A DNA stretch of 64,000 bases from Candidatus Sericytochromatia bacterium. Its GTDB lineage: Bacteria; Cyanobacteriota; Sericytochromatia; S15B-MN24; JAQBPE01. The notes beneath the pieces were generated by a model. That model searched no databases. It saw nothing but the letters and a program-made list of their open reading frames with translations, and had not been told where the DNA came from. Shown in pieces: positions 38,381 through 47,367 of the stretch; within the stretch, counting starts at the first letter, position 1; the number at the start of each line of letters is the position of its first letter. The stretch lies in NCBI GenBank assembly GCA_035285125.1, contig JAYKHR010000174.1:1-64000 (forward strand). The letters run 5' to 3'. The position numbers were made by a program, and so were the translations under genes.

Positions 38381-39424
38381 ATGGAACGTGGACCTTGGCT
38401 GTACGATCCGGGCCGCTGGCCCTGCCTGACGCACGACGAGCCCGGCACGGGCGGGCGGCTGCGGGAGGCCCTCGACGACTTCGTCGTCGACGAGGTGCAG
38501 CGTGCCCCCGCCACCGGCGAGGGGACGCACGCGCTGGTGCAGATCCGCAAGACGGACCGGACGACGCAGCTGGTCCTCGATGACCTGAGGCGCGCTTTTG
38601 GCCTCGACCGCGACGCGATAGGCCACGCGGGCCTCAAGGACCGGCGGGCTGTCACCACGCAGTGGCTGAGCCTGCCCCTGGCGGCCTTGCCAGGCCCCGA
38701 GGCCTGGCCAGAGCTGCCTGGCGTGGAACTTCTCGCCCACGCCGTGCACGACCGCAAGCTGCACCCGGGCGACCTGGCTGAAAACCGTTTCAGCATCAGG
38801 GTGCGTGGCGCCCAGGGAGAGCACGCTCGGGCGGCTGCCCTCATGGAGGCGCTGCAGGCCCGGGGGGTGCCCAATTACTTCGGACCTCAGCGCTTCGGCA
38901 AGCTGGGAGACAACGCCCGCGAGGGCCTCGCTTTCCTGCAGCGTGGCAAGAAACCGCGCCACTGGCTCGATGAGTTGCGGTCTCAGGCTGTCCAGAGCTG
39001 GATCTTCAACGATTGGGTGGCCCGCCGGCTCGCCGTCGCCACCTTCGACACGGTGCTCACGGGCGACGTGGCAGAGAAGCACGAGACGGGGGGCAAGTTC
39101 CTCGTCGGCGCGTCGGAGGTGGAGGCCCCCCGCGCGGCGCGCTTCGAGATCAGCGCCACGGGGCCCTTGCTGGGTCGCAAGTACCACGAGGCCGAGGGGC
39201 CTGCCCGGGAGGTCGAGGAGGCCGTGCTCGACGCCGTCGGGCTGGGGCGCGACCTCTTTCGGGTGCTTCCCGGCACGCGGCGCACCATGCGGCTTCGGCC
39301 GCGGGACGTGGAGGTAGAAGCGGCCCCCGACGGCTACCGGGTGCGGTTCTCCCTGCCGCCTGGGGCCTACGCGACCGCGGTCATGCGCGAGCTCATGAAG
39401 ACGGGGGCTGAGGACGAAGCCTGA
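38381..39424 (+). CDS. truD: tRNA pseudouridine(13) synthase
   Basis: DFVVDE, GHAGLKDRRAVTTQW, NRFSI, PNYFGPQRFG, FSLPPGAYAT. Confidence 0.95.
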   Translation: MERGPWLYDPGRWPCLTHDEPGTGGRLREALDDFVVDEVQRAPATGEGTHALVQIRKTDRTTQLVLDDLRRAFGLDRDAIGHAGLKDRRAVTTQWLSLPLAALPGPEAWPELPGVELLAHAVHDRKLHPGDLAENRFSIRVRGAQGEHARAAALMEALQARGVPNYFGPQRFGKLGDNAREGLAFLQRGKKPRHWLDELRSQAVQSWIFNDWVARRLAVATFDTVLTGDVAEKHETGGKFLVGASEVEAPRAARFEISATGPLLGRKYHEAEGPAREVEEAVLDAVGLGRDLFRVLPGTRRTMRLRPRDVEVEAAPDGYRVRFSLPPGAYATAVMRELMKTGAEDEA

Positions 39425-39557
39425 GCGCGTTCTCGGCGTGATCGGCGACGCGCGACAATTGTTTTGAGATTGTTAAAGGTTCTTCAAGTAAATATTGGAA
39501 GGGGGCGCGAAAGGCTGGCTGGCACGGATAATGGACATGTGTCGATGAGGTGTCCCG

Positions 39558-40256
39558 ATGCGCGTCAATTCGCAAAACCAGCCCACCCCCACGCCGCCCG
39601 TCGCGGCGCAGCCCGTCCCCCGGCCCTCAGCGCCGGCTGAACGGCCCACGATGGCGCCGGACACGGCGGCGCTCAGTGCCTCCACGACAGCGAAGGCGCC
39701 GCCGAGAAACGTCCTCGACGGCCCTGAGCGCTTGCCCGCCGACGTGGCGGCTGGCGTGGCTGGGGCCGCCGACGGCGCTCGCTCCCTCAGGCCCGCCGCC
39801 GAGGGCGTTCGGCTGGCCGCGCAAGGCGGCAAGCTTGCGCGCCTCGGGACGGTTGGGCGGGCCCTGGGCACCCTGGCAGAGCGGGCCCTGGTGCTGGGCG
39901 CTCGCGTGACCCAGGCCGCTCCCAGCCTGGCCAGGGTCGGCACCGGCTTGGCCCGGTTTGCACCTGCCGCCGGCCTCGTCGTTTCCGCCCTGGACGTCGG
40001 CAAGGCCGTGCTCGAGCAGGACCCCGCCAAGAAGACCCGGGCCACGGGCATGGCCGTGCTGAGCGTCGCCAGTGGCGTGGCTGGCGTGGTGGGGGCCGTG
40101 GCGGTGGGCGTCGCAGCGGCCCCCGCAGTTGCTGCGGTCGCCGCGGTGGTGGGCGTTGGTGCGGCAGTGGCCGCCATCTCGGACGAGTTCGTCCTGAACG
40201 GCAGGATCTCCAGGCCCATTGGCGAGGCCTGGAACTGGCTGACGGGCAAAGGCTAG
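39558..40256 (+). CDS. Hypothetical Ala/Gly-rich protein with hydrophobic C-terminus
   Basis: GAGG RBS. C-terminal segment resembles that of 36462-37325. Confidence 0.7.
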   Translation: MRVNSQNQPTPTPPVAAQPVPRPSAPAERPTMAPDTAALSASTTAKAPPRNVLDGPERLPADVAAGVAGAADGARSLRPAAEGVRLAAQGGKLARLGTVGRALGTLAERALVLGARVTQAAPSLARVGTGLARFAPAAGLVVSALDVGKAVLEQDPAKKTRATGMAVLSVASGVAGVVGAVAVGVAAAPAVAAVAAVVGVGAAVAAISDEFVLNGRISRPIGEAWNWLTGKG

Positions 40257-40295
40257 GCTCTGATCCCGCAGGAGCCTCGCGGGTGCAGGACTTGT

Positions 40296-41831
40296 TCAGC
40301 CTTCGCCGAACGGCGCGCCCGCTCGCAGCCAGGCCAGGACCGTTCTGACGGGCGCCGCCGTCGGGCCCTTGATGCGGTGGCCGCGCGCGGCGTTGGACCA
40401 GCCCACCCCGGCGATGTCGAAGTGCGCCCACGGCTTGCCGGCCGCGAAGGGCTTCAGGAAGGCCGCCGCCGTGATGGCGCTGGCGTCCCGGCCGGGGTAG
40501 TTCAGCATGTCGGCCAGGTCCGACCGCAGCGCCTCGTCGAAGCGGTTGTGATGTGCAGGGCCGAGCGGCAGTTCCCAGAGCTTCTCACCGGAGCGCTCGG
40601 ACGCCTTGCACAGGGCCGCCACCAAGCCGGGATCGGTGCCCATCACGCCGGCGTACTCCCGGCCGAGCGCGATGCCGATCGCGCCTGTCAGTGTGGCCAT
40701 GTCAACGATGGCGCGGGCCCCGAGATCTCGGGCGGCGAAGGCGATCGCGTCGGCGAGGATCACGCGCCCCTCGGCGTCGGTGTCGTTGATTTCGATCGTG
40801 AGGCCGCCGTAGGTCGTGACAATTTCGTTCGGCACGAGGGCGTGGGCGCTTGGCATGTTCTCGACGGCCGGCACCACCGCCGTGACGTTGAGGGGCAACC
40901 CGAGCTGCGCGGCCGCGAACACGATGGCGAGGGCCGCTGCCCCGCCCGCCATGTCGTACTTCATCCGCTCCATCCCCTGCGACGGCTTGATGCCGATGCC
41001 GCCGCTGTCGAAGGTCACGCCCTTGCCCACGATGGCGATGGGCGCCTCGTCGGGGGCTCCCCCCCGGTGGTGCACCACCATCAGGCGCGGCGGCCGCTCG
41101 CTGCCCCGGGCGATCGCCGTGATGGCCGCGAAGCCCCGCTGTTGGAGGGCGTGCTCGTCGAGGATTTCGACGGAGAGCCCCAGCCTTTCGGCCTCGCTGC
41201 GGGTCTCATCGGCCCACCGGGCCGGCGTGAGGTCGTTGCCGGGTCGCACGATCCAGGTGCGGGCGACGTCGATGCAGGCCACCAGCTTGCCGGCCCGCCC
41301 GAAGGCCGCATCCACGAGGGCGGCGTGCTCGTCGGGCGCGAGCGGGACGACGGTCTCCAGCCCGGGGGCTGGGTCCTGGGCTGCCTTCTGGCCGCGTGAG
41401 TAGCGAAAGGTTGCGAGCCCTGCCCCCTCCGCGATGGCTTCCGCCAGCGCATCCCAGGAGGGCGCCTCACCTGCCGCCCAACCCAGGGCCGCCGGGTCCG
41501 GCAGCAGCACGCCCGCCGACCGGTGGCCGAGTTCCTGCACGCAGCGAGCGGCCTCCCCGGCAGCAGCCCTGAACCCCTCCAGGTCCAGCCCACCCGCCTT
41601 CCCGAGGCTCGCCACAACGACCCTGCGCACGGGGCCCCCGGGCAGCCAGAACGGCAGCAGCGCGCTGGCCTCGCCCGCAAGGTCTCCGGCGGTCAGCACG
41701 GCTGCAAGTGTGCCCCCGCGGGCTGCGTCCCAGGCGGCAAGGGCCGGCTGGAGGGACGCGCCGGGGTGCACGAAGGCGACGAGGGCCTCGGCATCGAGTT
41801 GCTCGAGGGCAGTGGCAGGAGTGAAGCGCAT
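40296..41831 (-). CDS. pepA: M17 leucyl aminopeptidase
   Basis: VGKGVTFDSGG..IKP, MKYDMAG, TDAEGR, ATLTGA, WAHFDIAG. Confidence 0.93.
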   Translation of the reverse strand: MRFTPATALEQLDAEALVAFVHPGASLQPALAAWDAARGGTLAAVLTAGDLAGEASALLPFWLPGGPVRRVVVASLGKAGGLDLEGFRAAAGEAARCVQELGHRSAGVLLPDPAALGWAAGEAPSWDALAEAIAEGAGLATFRYSRGQKAAQDPAPGLETVVPLAPDEHAALVDAAFGRAGKLVACIDVARTWIVRPGNDLTPARWADETRSEAERLGLSVEILDEHALQQRGFAAITAIARGSERPPRLMVVHHRGGAPDEAPIAIVGKGVTFDSGGIGIKPSQGMERMKYDMAGGAAALAIVFAAAQLGLPLNVTAVVPAVENMPSAHALVPNEIVTTYGGLTIEINDTDAEGRVILADAIAFAARDLGARAIVDMATLTGAIGIALGREYAGVMGTDPGLVAALCKASERSGEKLWELPLGPAHHNRFDEALRSDLADMLNYPGRDASAITAAAFLKPFAAGKPWAHFDIAGVGWSNAARGHRIKGPTAAPVRTVLAWLRAGAPFGEG

Positions 41832-41841
41832 CTGAGGGTCC

Positions 41842-42963
41842 TTACCAGCGGATCTGCTCGAAGTGGTTCGAGGGCACGTCCCAGGCCTGATTCAGCGTCA
41901 GCTCGCGGCGGGCGGGGTCGCCATAGACCCAGTCCAGCTTGGCGAGCACCTGCGCCATGGCGTGGGGCAGGCACTCTCGCTTTCCGCAGCGGGCGTCGTG
42001 CAGCATCGTGGCCAGGGTGGTGCGGCTGTTGGTGGCCACGAGGTTGCGCCAGTCTCGCCCGTCGATCACCCGGTTCCGATCGACGTCGAACCTCATCAGC
42101 CGCGCCTGAAGGTCCGCCGACATGGTGGGCTTGGCCCCGCTGCTCGGTTCGGGGGACCCCACCACGGCCACCAGCTTGGGCTGCACGTCGGCTTTCACCG
42201 GCACCGTCGCGTCCTGCACGACGTTGTCCCCTTGCCTGCCCGTCCCGACCGGCGACGCGCCAGAGTTCACGGGCACCGGGCCAGGCCCCGCGGCCGGCTT
42301 GACCGACGCCAGCGCGAGGCGGGCGCGGTGGTTCCGGATCTGCGTGCGGATCAGGGGGTGCTTGTAGAGGCCTGCCAGCTCAGCGGCGGTATAGCCGCGG
42401 CGGTCCTTGACATCAGGGCTGGCCCCCGCCATCAGCAACTCGTATATCACATCCCCGTGCCCCTGCTGTGCGGCCCACATCAGGGGGGTGTAGCCCTCGT
42501 TGTCCTGGGCATTCGCGTCAGCCCCCTTGCTGAGCAGCACCCGGGCGATCCTCAGCTGCCCGTCCTGGGCGCTCCAGTGCAAGGCCGTGTAACCATGCTT
42601 GTCACGAACGTTGACGGCGGCGCCGGCATTCAGCAACTGGCGCACCACGATCTCATACTTGTTCTGGGTGGCCCACATCAGGGCCGTGTAACCTTCCTTG
42701 TCTTGGGGGTCCAGCGCTGCTCCCAGGTGGATCAGGGTCGACACGGCGTTGACCTGGCCGTTCAGGGCCGCCCACATCAGCGGCGTGTAGCCTTCGGCAT
42801 CGGCGCTGTTGAGGTTCTGGCCGCCCCCAGCGAGGACCTTGATGCGTTCCGAGTCACCCGCGGACGCGGCAATGCCCAGGTCCGTGGCGGCGGCGGCGGC
42901 GGCGGGACCGGCGGCAGCCGAGAGCAGCAGGGCGGCGGCGATCAGGGTGTGCAGGACTTTCAT
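41842..42963 (-). CDS. Secreted ankyrin-repeat protein
   Basis: Signal peptide. About five repeats of DxEGYT(P/A)L(M/H)W(A/S). C-terminal DVDRNRVID EF-hand-like loop. Confidence 0.9.
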   Translation of the reverse strand: MKVLHTLIAAALLLSAAAGPAAAAAATDLGIAASAGDSERIKVLAGGGQNLNSADAEGYTPLMWAALNGQVNAVSTLIHLGAALDPQDKEGYTALMWATQNKYEIVVRQLLNAGAAVNVRDKHGYTALHWSAQDGQLRIARVLLSKGADANAQDNEGYTPLMWAAQQGHGDVIYELLMAGASPDVKDRRGYTAAELAGLYKHPLIRTQIRNHRARLALASVKPAAGPGPVPVNSGASPVGTGRQGDNVVQDATVPVKADVQPKLVAVVGSPEPSSGAKPTMSADLQARLMRFDVDRNRVIDGRDWRNLVATNSRTTLATMLHDARCGKRECLPHAMAQVLAKLDWVYGDPARRELTLNQAWDVPSNHFEQIRW

Positions 42964-43074
42964 CGGCTTGCGGAACCTCGTCAGGCATCCCCCCCAGGAT
43001 GCACCACTGGTATACCCGCGGCTTGGCTTGCCGATCCGACGCCTGAAGCTCGGGCGAGGGAATTCGATGAAATA

Positions 43075-43151
43075 TTAACCAAAACTTAATCAAAACAGGC
43101 TGGCGGCACGCGAATTAAGTAAAGATTAACAACCTATAATAACGTTGTTAA
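43075..43151. promoter_or_regulatory. Cluster of 11-bp-phased TTAA-N7-TTAA sites (putative transcription-factor boxes)
   Basis: TTAA at 43075/43086 and at 43115/43126/43148, between the divergent ankyrin and lipoprotein genes. Confidence 0.65.
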
Positions 43152-43172
43152 CCTTGAAGGAGAATTTTGAAG

Positions 43173-43769
43173 ATGCGCCGCCTCCTCCCCTCCACCCTGA
43201 TCGCCACGCTGGCCGCTGCCGCGGCTGGGTGCGCCACCGGCGCCCCAACCGTTGCCACGCTTTCGGCCACCCCGAGCGTTCGCACGGCCGCCGTGGCCCC
43301 TGCCGAGCCCTCTGCTCCTGCCGGGCCAGCGGCGCCCACCGTCACGTTGACCCCTGGCGCAGCCCCTGTGCCGCCGGGCGATGAGGCCGCCATCCCGGAG
43401 GCCCCTGCCTTTGATCTGACGGGCGAGCCGCGCCGCATGACGGCTGCTGGCGAGGCGGGCGCCCAGAGCTTGCTCGATCCCTGGCGGCCCTACGGTGTCG
43501 GCGTCGTCTCCAAGACGGGGACCAGCGTCACCCTTGCCTGGCGCACAGACCTGTCGGCGCGCGCCATCGTGTACTTCGGCAAGACCTTCGGGCTGAGCAG
43601 CCGGGGCTACGACGGCGTCTATCACGTTAACGACAAGGCCAAGACGCATCAGGTCACCATCACGGGCCTCTCGCGCTTCCGCTCGTACACCTTCGTGGTG
43701 GTGGGCTTGGGAGAGCTGACGATGCAATTCCCGTCTTACCCGGTGCAGGTTCGCACCCACCTGTTCTGA
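43173..43769 (+). CDS. Lipoprotein with FN3/purple-acid-phosphatase-N-like domain
   Basis: AAGGAG RBS. AAAGC lipobox. TSVTLAWRTD...HQVTITGL...YTFVV. Confidence 0.75.
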   Translation: MRRLLPSTLIATLAAAAAGCATGAPTVATLSATPSVRTAAVAPAEPSAPAGPAAPTVTLTPGAAPVPPGDEAAIPEAPAFDLTGEPRRMTAAGEAGAQSLLDPWRPYGVGVVSKTGTSVTLAWRTDLSARAIVYFGKTFGLSSRGYDGVYHVNDKAKTHQVTITGLSRFRSYTFVVVGLGELTMQFPSYPVQVRTHLF

Positions 43770-43853
43770 GGCCCGGCCCGGCCCCACGGGCCGGCCGGAG
43801 CCTGACCACCGTCAGCCCTGGACCAGCTGCGCCACGGCGCGAAGGAGACTCCC

Positions 43854-43913
43854 GTGAACCACCTCAACCAGCTCCTCAACGGCGGCAGCACCAACCCCGT
43901 CGTCAAGGCCTGA
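43854..43913 (+). CDS. Possible 19-aa small protein (MNHLNQLLNGGSTNPVVKA) or 3' gene remnant
   Basis: AAGGAG 6 nt before GTG. All sense codons end in G/C. Followed by a terminator. Confidence 0.4.
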   Translation: MNHLNQLLNGGSTNPVVKA

Positions 43914-43947
43914 AGGCCAGGGCGCCCTCGATGCGGCGCCCCACCGC

Positions 43948-43986
43948 GCAGCCCTCCGCAGCCCCTGCGGGGGGCTGTGTTAGTTT
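43948..43986 (+). terminator. Intrinsic terminator
   Basis: Stem CAGCCCTCCGCAG...CTGCGGGGGGCTG followed by TGTTAGTTT. Confidence 0.7.
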
Positions 43987-44094
43987 GGGTTAATTTTTCC
44001 TGATCTTAACTTTTTGTTCCACAAGCCCACCCTTGGCCCACGCGACAAGTACAGCAACACCGTTCTCGTTCGCCAACCTGGAGGGCCTCCGACC

Positions 44095-44736
44095 GTGCAA
44101 CTTAGCTTCAGCCGCCTGCTCAGCCTTGGCCTTGCCGCCGCGATGCTGGCCGGGTGTGGCGCCCTCACCCCCGCGGCGCGCCTGAGACAGGCCGATGGCC
44201 TGTCGGCTCGCAGCGTAGCTGGCCTGGAGGAGGGCTTCAACCTCATTTACGGCGCCGCCTTCGCCCGGGCTGATGCCAACGGCGACCTGAACGTCGACGA
44301 GTTCGAGGCCGGCCCATTCATCGACGTGCGCGACTTCCGGCAGGCCGACGACGATCGCAACGCCAGGCTGTCCGAGAAGGAGTTCCGGGCTTGGGCCACC
44401 CGCGGCTGGCTGTTCGGCCTCTTCGCCCAGGACCAGAAGACCTTTGTGCGTCAGCAGCGACGCACCCTGTTGGGCCACTTCCAGAAGCTGGACACCGACC
44501 GCAGCGGGCTGCTCGCCCCTGCCGAACTGGCGGATGCCGCGCTGCTGGCCGCCAGGATCAGGCTCGACCTCAAAGGCATCAAGACGGCCGTTCAGGTCGA
44601 TTCAATCGATGAACTCGACCTGAAGCAGGCCGACAAGACTGGCGATGGCCAGCTCAGTCAGGGCGAGTTCGAGGATTTCATCCTTTCCGCCTGGGCACGG
44701 CGTATCAACCCGCCCCGTCAGCCCGCGGCCAACTGA
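44095..44736 (+). CDS. EF-hand calcium-binding lipoprotein (four EF loops)
   Basis: GGAGG RBS. LAGC lipobox. Loops DANGDLNVDEFE, DDDRNARLSEKE, DTDRSGLLAPAE, DKTGDGQLSQGE. Confidence 0.88.
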   Translation: MQLSFSRLLSLGLAAAMLAGCGALTPAARLRQADGLSARSVAGLEEGFNLIYGAAFARADANGDLNVDEFEAGPFIDVRDFRQADDDRNARLSEKEFRAWATRGWLFGLFAQDQKTFVRQQRRTLLGHFQKLDTDRSGLLAPAELADAALLAARIRLDLKGIKTAVQVDSIDELDLKQADKTGDGQLSQGEFEDFILSAWARRINPPRQPAAN

Positions 44737-44751
44737 TCCCGGCTTCCCCGA

Positions 44752-44784
44752 CCAGCCCACCGGAGTCTCCCTCCGGTGGGCTGG
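44752..44784. other. Perfect 14-bp stem-loop without a U-tract
   Basis: CCAGCCCACCGGAG-TCTCC-CTCCGGTGGGCTGG between the EF-hand gene and the aminotransferase gene. Confidence 0.7.
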
Positions 44785-44820
44785 CTCGCGTCGGGGTGCA
44801 GCCCCGAGGAAAGGCTTCCC

Positions 44821-46002
44821 GTGACGACCTCGCAACGTGTCGCCCAGCGCGTTCAGTGTTTTTATGAGTCGGTCATCCGTGAGATGACGCGCCAGTGCAA
44901 CCGCGTGGGCGGCGTGAACTTGGCGCAGGGCTTCCCCGATTTTCCGGCGCCGGAGGCGCTGAAGGAGGCCGCCTGCCGGGCGGTAATGGCCGACGTCAAC
45001 CAGTACGCGATCACCTGGGGCGCCCCGGGGCTGCGCGCCGCGATCGCGGCGAAGGCCGCCCGGTTCAACGGCCTGCCCTGGGTCGAGGCCGATCGGCACG
45101 TCACGGTGACGTGCGGTGCCACCGAGGCGATGATGGCGACCATGCTGTCCATCGTGGACCCCGGGGACGAGGTCATCGTCTTCGAGCCCTTTTACGAGAA
45201 CTATGGGCCGGATGCAGTGATGGCGCAGGCCGTGCTTCGGACGGTGCCGCTCGTGGGGCGCACCTTCGAGATCGACCTCGAACGCCTTCGGGAAGCCTTC
45301 GGCCCGCGCACCCGCGCGATCGTCGTGAACACCCCCCACAACCCCACGGGCAAGGTCTTCAGCCGCCCGGAGCTCGAGGCCATCGCCGCCCTGTGCCAGG
45401 AGTTCGACGCCTTGGCGATCACCGACGAGATCTACGAGCATATGGTCTACGAGGGGGAGCACCTCTCCATCGCCGCACTCCCCGGGATGGCGGAGCGGAC
45501 CATCACGATCAGCGGCCTGTCGAAGACCTTCGCCGTGACGGGGTGGCGGCTGGGCTACGTCATCGCGCCGGAAGCCCTCACGCAGGCCATCCGGCGGGCC
45601 CATGACTTCCTGACCGTCGGGGCCCCTGCGCCCCTGCAGGAGGCGGCGATCACGGCCCTGGCCTTCGGCCCCGACTATTACGAGGCGCTGCTGGCGAGCT
45701 ATCGCGCCAAGCGAGACCAGATGCACGCCATCCTCTCGGAGGTCGGCCTCGGACCCGTGCTGCCCCAGGGGGCCTATTACATGATGGCCGACATCCGCCA
45801 CACCGGGCTCGATGACCGGGCCTTCGCCCGCTTCCTCGTCGAGGAGGTCGGCGTGGCCATCGTGCCCGGTACGAGCTTCTGGTCCGACACGGCGGCCGGG
45901 TCGGCGTGGGTCCGCTTTGCCTTTCCCAAGCGGCCGGAGACCCTCAACGCCGCGCGGGAGAGGCTCCTGACGCTCTCCGCCAGGCTCGAGGCTCGGCGAT
46001 GA
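44821..46002 (+). CDS. PLP-dependent aminotransferase class I/II
   Basis: NLAQGFPDF, NTPHNPTGKVF, DEIYE, SKTFAVTGWRLG, VRFAF. Confidence 0.93.
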   Translation: MTTSQRVAQRVQCFYESVIREMTRQCNRVGGVNLAQGFPDFPAPEALKEAACRAVMADVNQYAITWGAPGLRAAIAAKAARFNGLPWVEADRHVTVTCGATEAMMATMLSIVDPGDEVIVFEPFYENYGPDAVMAQAVLRTVPLVGRTFEIDLERLREAFGPRTRAIVVNTPHNPTGKVFSRPELEAIAALCQEFDALAITDEIYEHMVYEGEHLSIAALPGMAERTITISGLSKTFAVTGWRLGYVIAPEALTQAIRRAHDFLTVGAPAPLQEAAITALAFGPDYYEALLASYRAKRDQMHAILSEVGLGPVLPQGAYYMMADIRHTGLDDRAFARFLVEEVGVAIVPGTSFWSDTAAGSAWVRFAFPKRPETLNAARERLLTLSARLEARR

Positions 46003-47291
46003 CGGTCGCGGCGGTCCCGGCGCAGCGGCGGCGTGCCACCTTCGCCGCAGCCGTCGGTAGCGCGATCGAGTGGTACGACTTCTTTCTGTTCGGTGCGGCA
46101 GCTGCCCTGGTGTTCCCGGCGCTGTTCTTCCCTGAGCAGTCGCGCCATACGGCCCTGCTGCTGGCTTTCTCCACCTACTTCGTCGGCTTCCTGGCCCGGC
46201 CCATCGGCGCGGCGCTGTTCGGCCACCTGGGCGATCGGCGCGGCCGCAAGCACACCCTGGTCATCACCCTGGTGATGATGGGCGTGTCGACCTTCGCCAT
46301 CGGGTTGCTGCCGGTTCACGCCGCTGTCGGCCCCTGGGGGGGCCTCGCGCTGGTTGCACTGCGGCTGCTGCAGGGCGTGGGGGTTGGCGGAGAGTGGGGG
46401 GGCGCCGTGCTGCTGGCCTTCGAGTGGGCGGCCCCGCGCGGGCGCGGCCTGGCTGCCAGCTGGCCTCAGGTGGGGGTTGCAGCGGGGTTGGTGCTGGCGA
46501 ACGCCGCCCTGGCGTTCGCCTCCTGGCTCTCGGGGCCGGGCTTCCTGACCTGGGGCTGGCGCCTGCCGTTCCTCCTCAGCGCCGTCCTCGTCGCGGTGGG
46601 TCTCTGGGTGCGGCTCAACGTCGAGGAAACGCCAGCCTTTGCCCCGGCGAAGCCTGGAGACGCCTCGCTGAGTCCCGTGCGCCTCGTGCTGCGGCACCAG
46701 TGGCAGGATGTGGTGCTGACGGCGCTGGCCCGCACGGGCCAGCAGGCCCCGTTCTACATCTTCACGGCGTGGATCCTGTCCTTTGGCACGCTTGAGCTCG
46801 GCTTGCCCCGCGAGCAGGTGCTGCGCTGGGTCATGGTGGGCTCGCTGGCCATGATGGTGAGCGTTCCGTGCTGGGCCTGGGTGTCGGACAGGTGGGGGCG
46901 CCAGGCCACGGTCATGGCGGGTGCCCTGGCGATGATCCCCTTCGCCTTCGGCTACGTGATGCTGCTCGAGACGCGAGACCCCTTCTGGATGATGGTCGCC
47001 GTCGTCGTGGCCCTTCCCGTGCACGACATCCAGTACGGGCCTCAGGCCGCTTACATCGCCGAGCGATTCCCGCCCGCCTGGCGCTACAGCGGGGCCTCGC
47101 TGGGCTACCAGCTGGCGTCGATCGTGTCGGGTGGGCCCGCGCCGCTGCTGGCCGTGTGGCTGCAGCAGCGCGGGCACGGGCCCTGGGCGATCGCCGCGAT
47201 GATGGCCGCCTCAGCCCTGATCGGGCTGGCCGCGATGGTGGGGCTCTGGTGGCGCGATCGCCGTGGCCCGTCGTGGGCCGAGGCGCGATAG
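45999..47291 (+). CDS. MFS transporter, metabolite:H+ symporter (ShiA-like)
   Basis: IEWYDFF, ARPIG..LFGHLGDRRGRK, RLLQG.G.GGEWGGA, WGWRLPF. ATGA overlap with the upstream gene. Confidence 0.93.
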   Translation: MTVAAVPAQRRRATFAAAVGSAIEWYDFFLFGAAAALVFPALFFPEQSRHTALLLAFSTYFVGFLARPIGAALFGHLGDRRGRKHTLVITLVMMGVSTFAIGLLPVHAAVGPWGGLALVALRLLQGVGVGGEWGGAVLLAFEWAAPRGRGLAASWPQVGVAAGLVLANAALAFASWLSGPGFLTWGWRLPFLLSAVLVAVGLWVRLNVEETPAFAPAKPGDASLSPVRLVLRHQWQDVVLTALARTGQQAPFYIFTAWILSFGTLELGLPREQVLRWVMVGSLAMMVSVPCWAWVSDRWGRQATVMAGALAMIPFAFGYVMLLETRDPFWMMVAVVVALPVHDIQYGPQAAYIAERFPPAWRYSGASLGYQLASIVSGGPAPLLAVWLQQRGHGPWAIAAMMAASALIGLAAMVGLWWRDRRGPSWAEAR

Positions 47292-47367
47292 GCCTGCTAA
47301 CATGTCGCCGCCGGCGGCGAAGGGCCGCCCGGACTCCCAGAGGCGCAAGGCGCAGGAGGGTTCTGAC

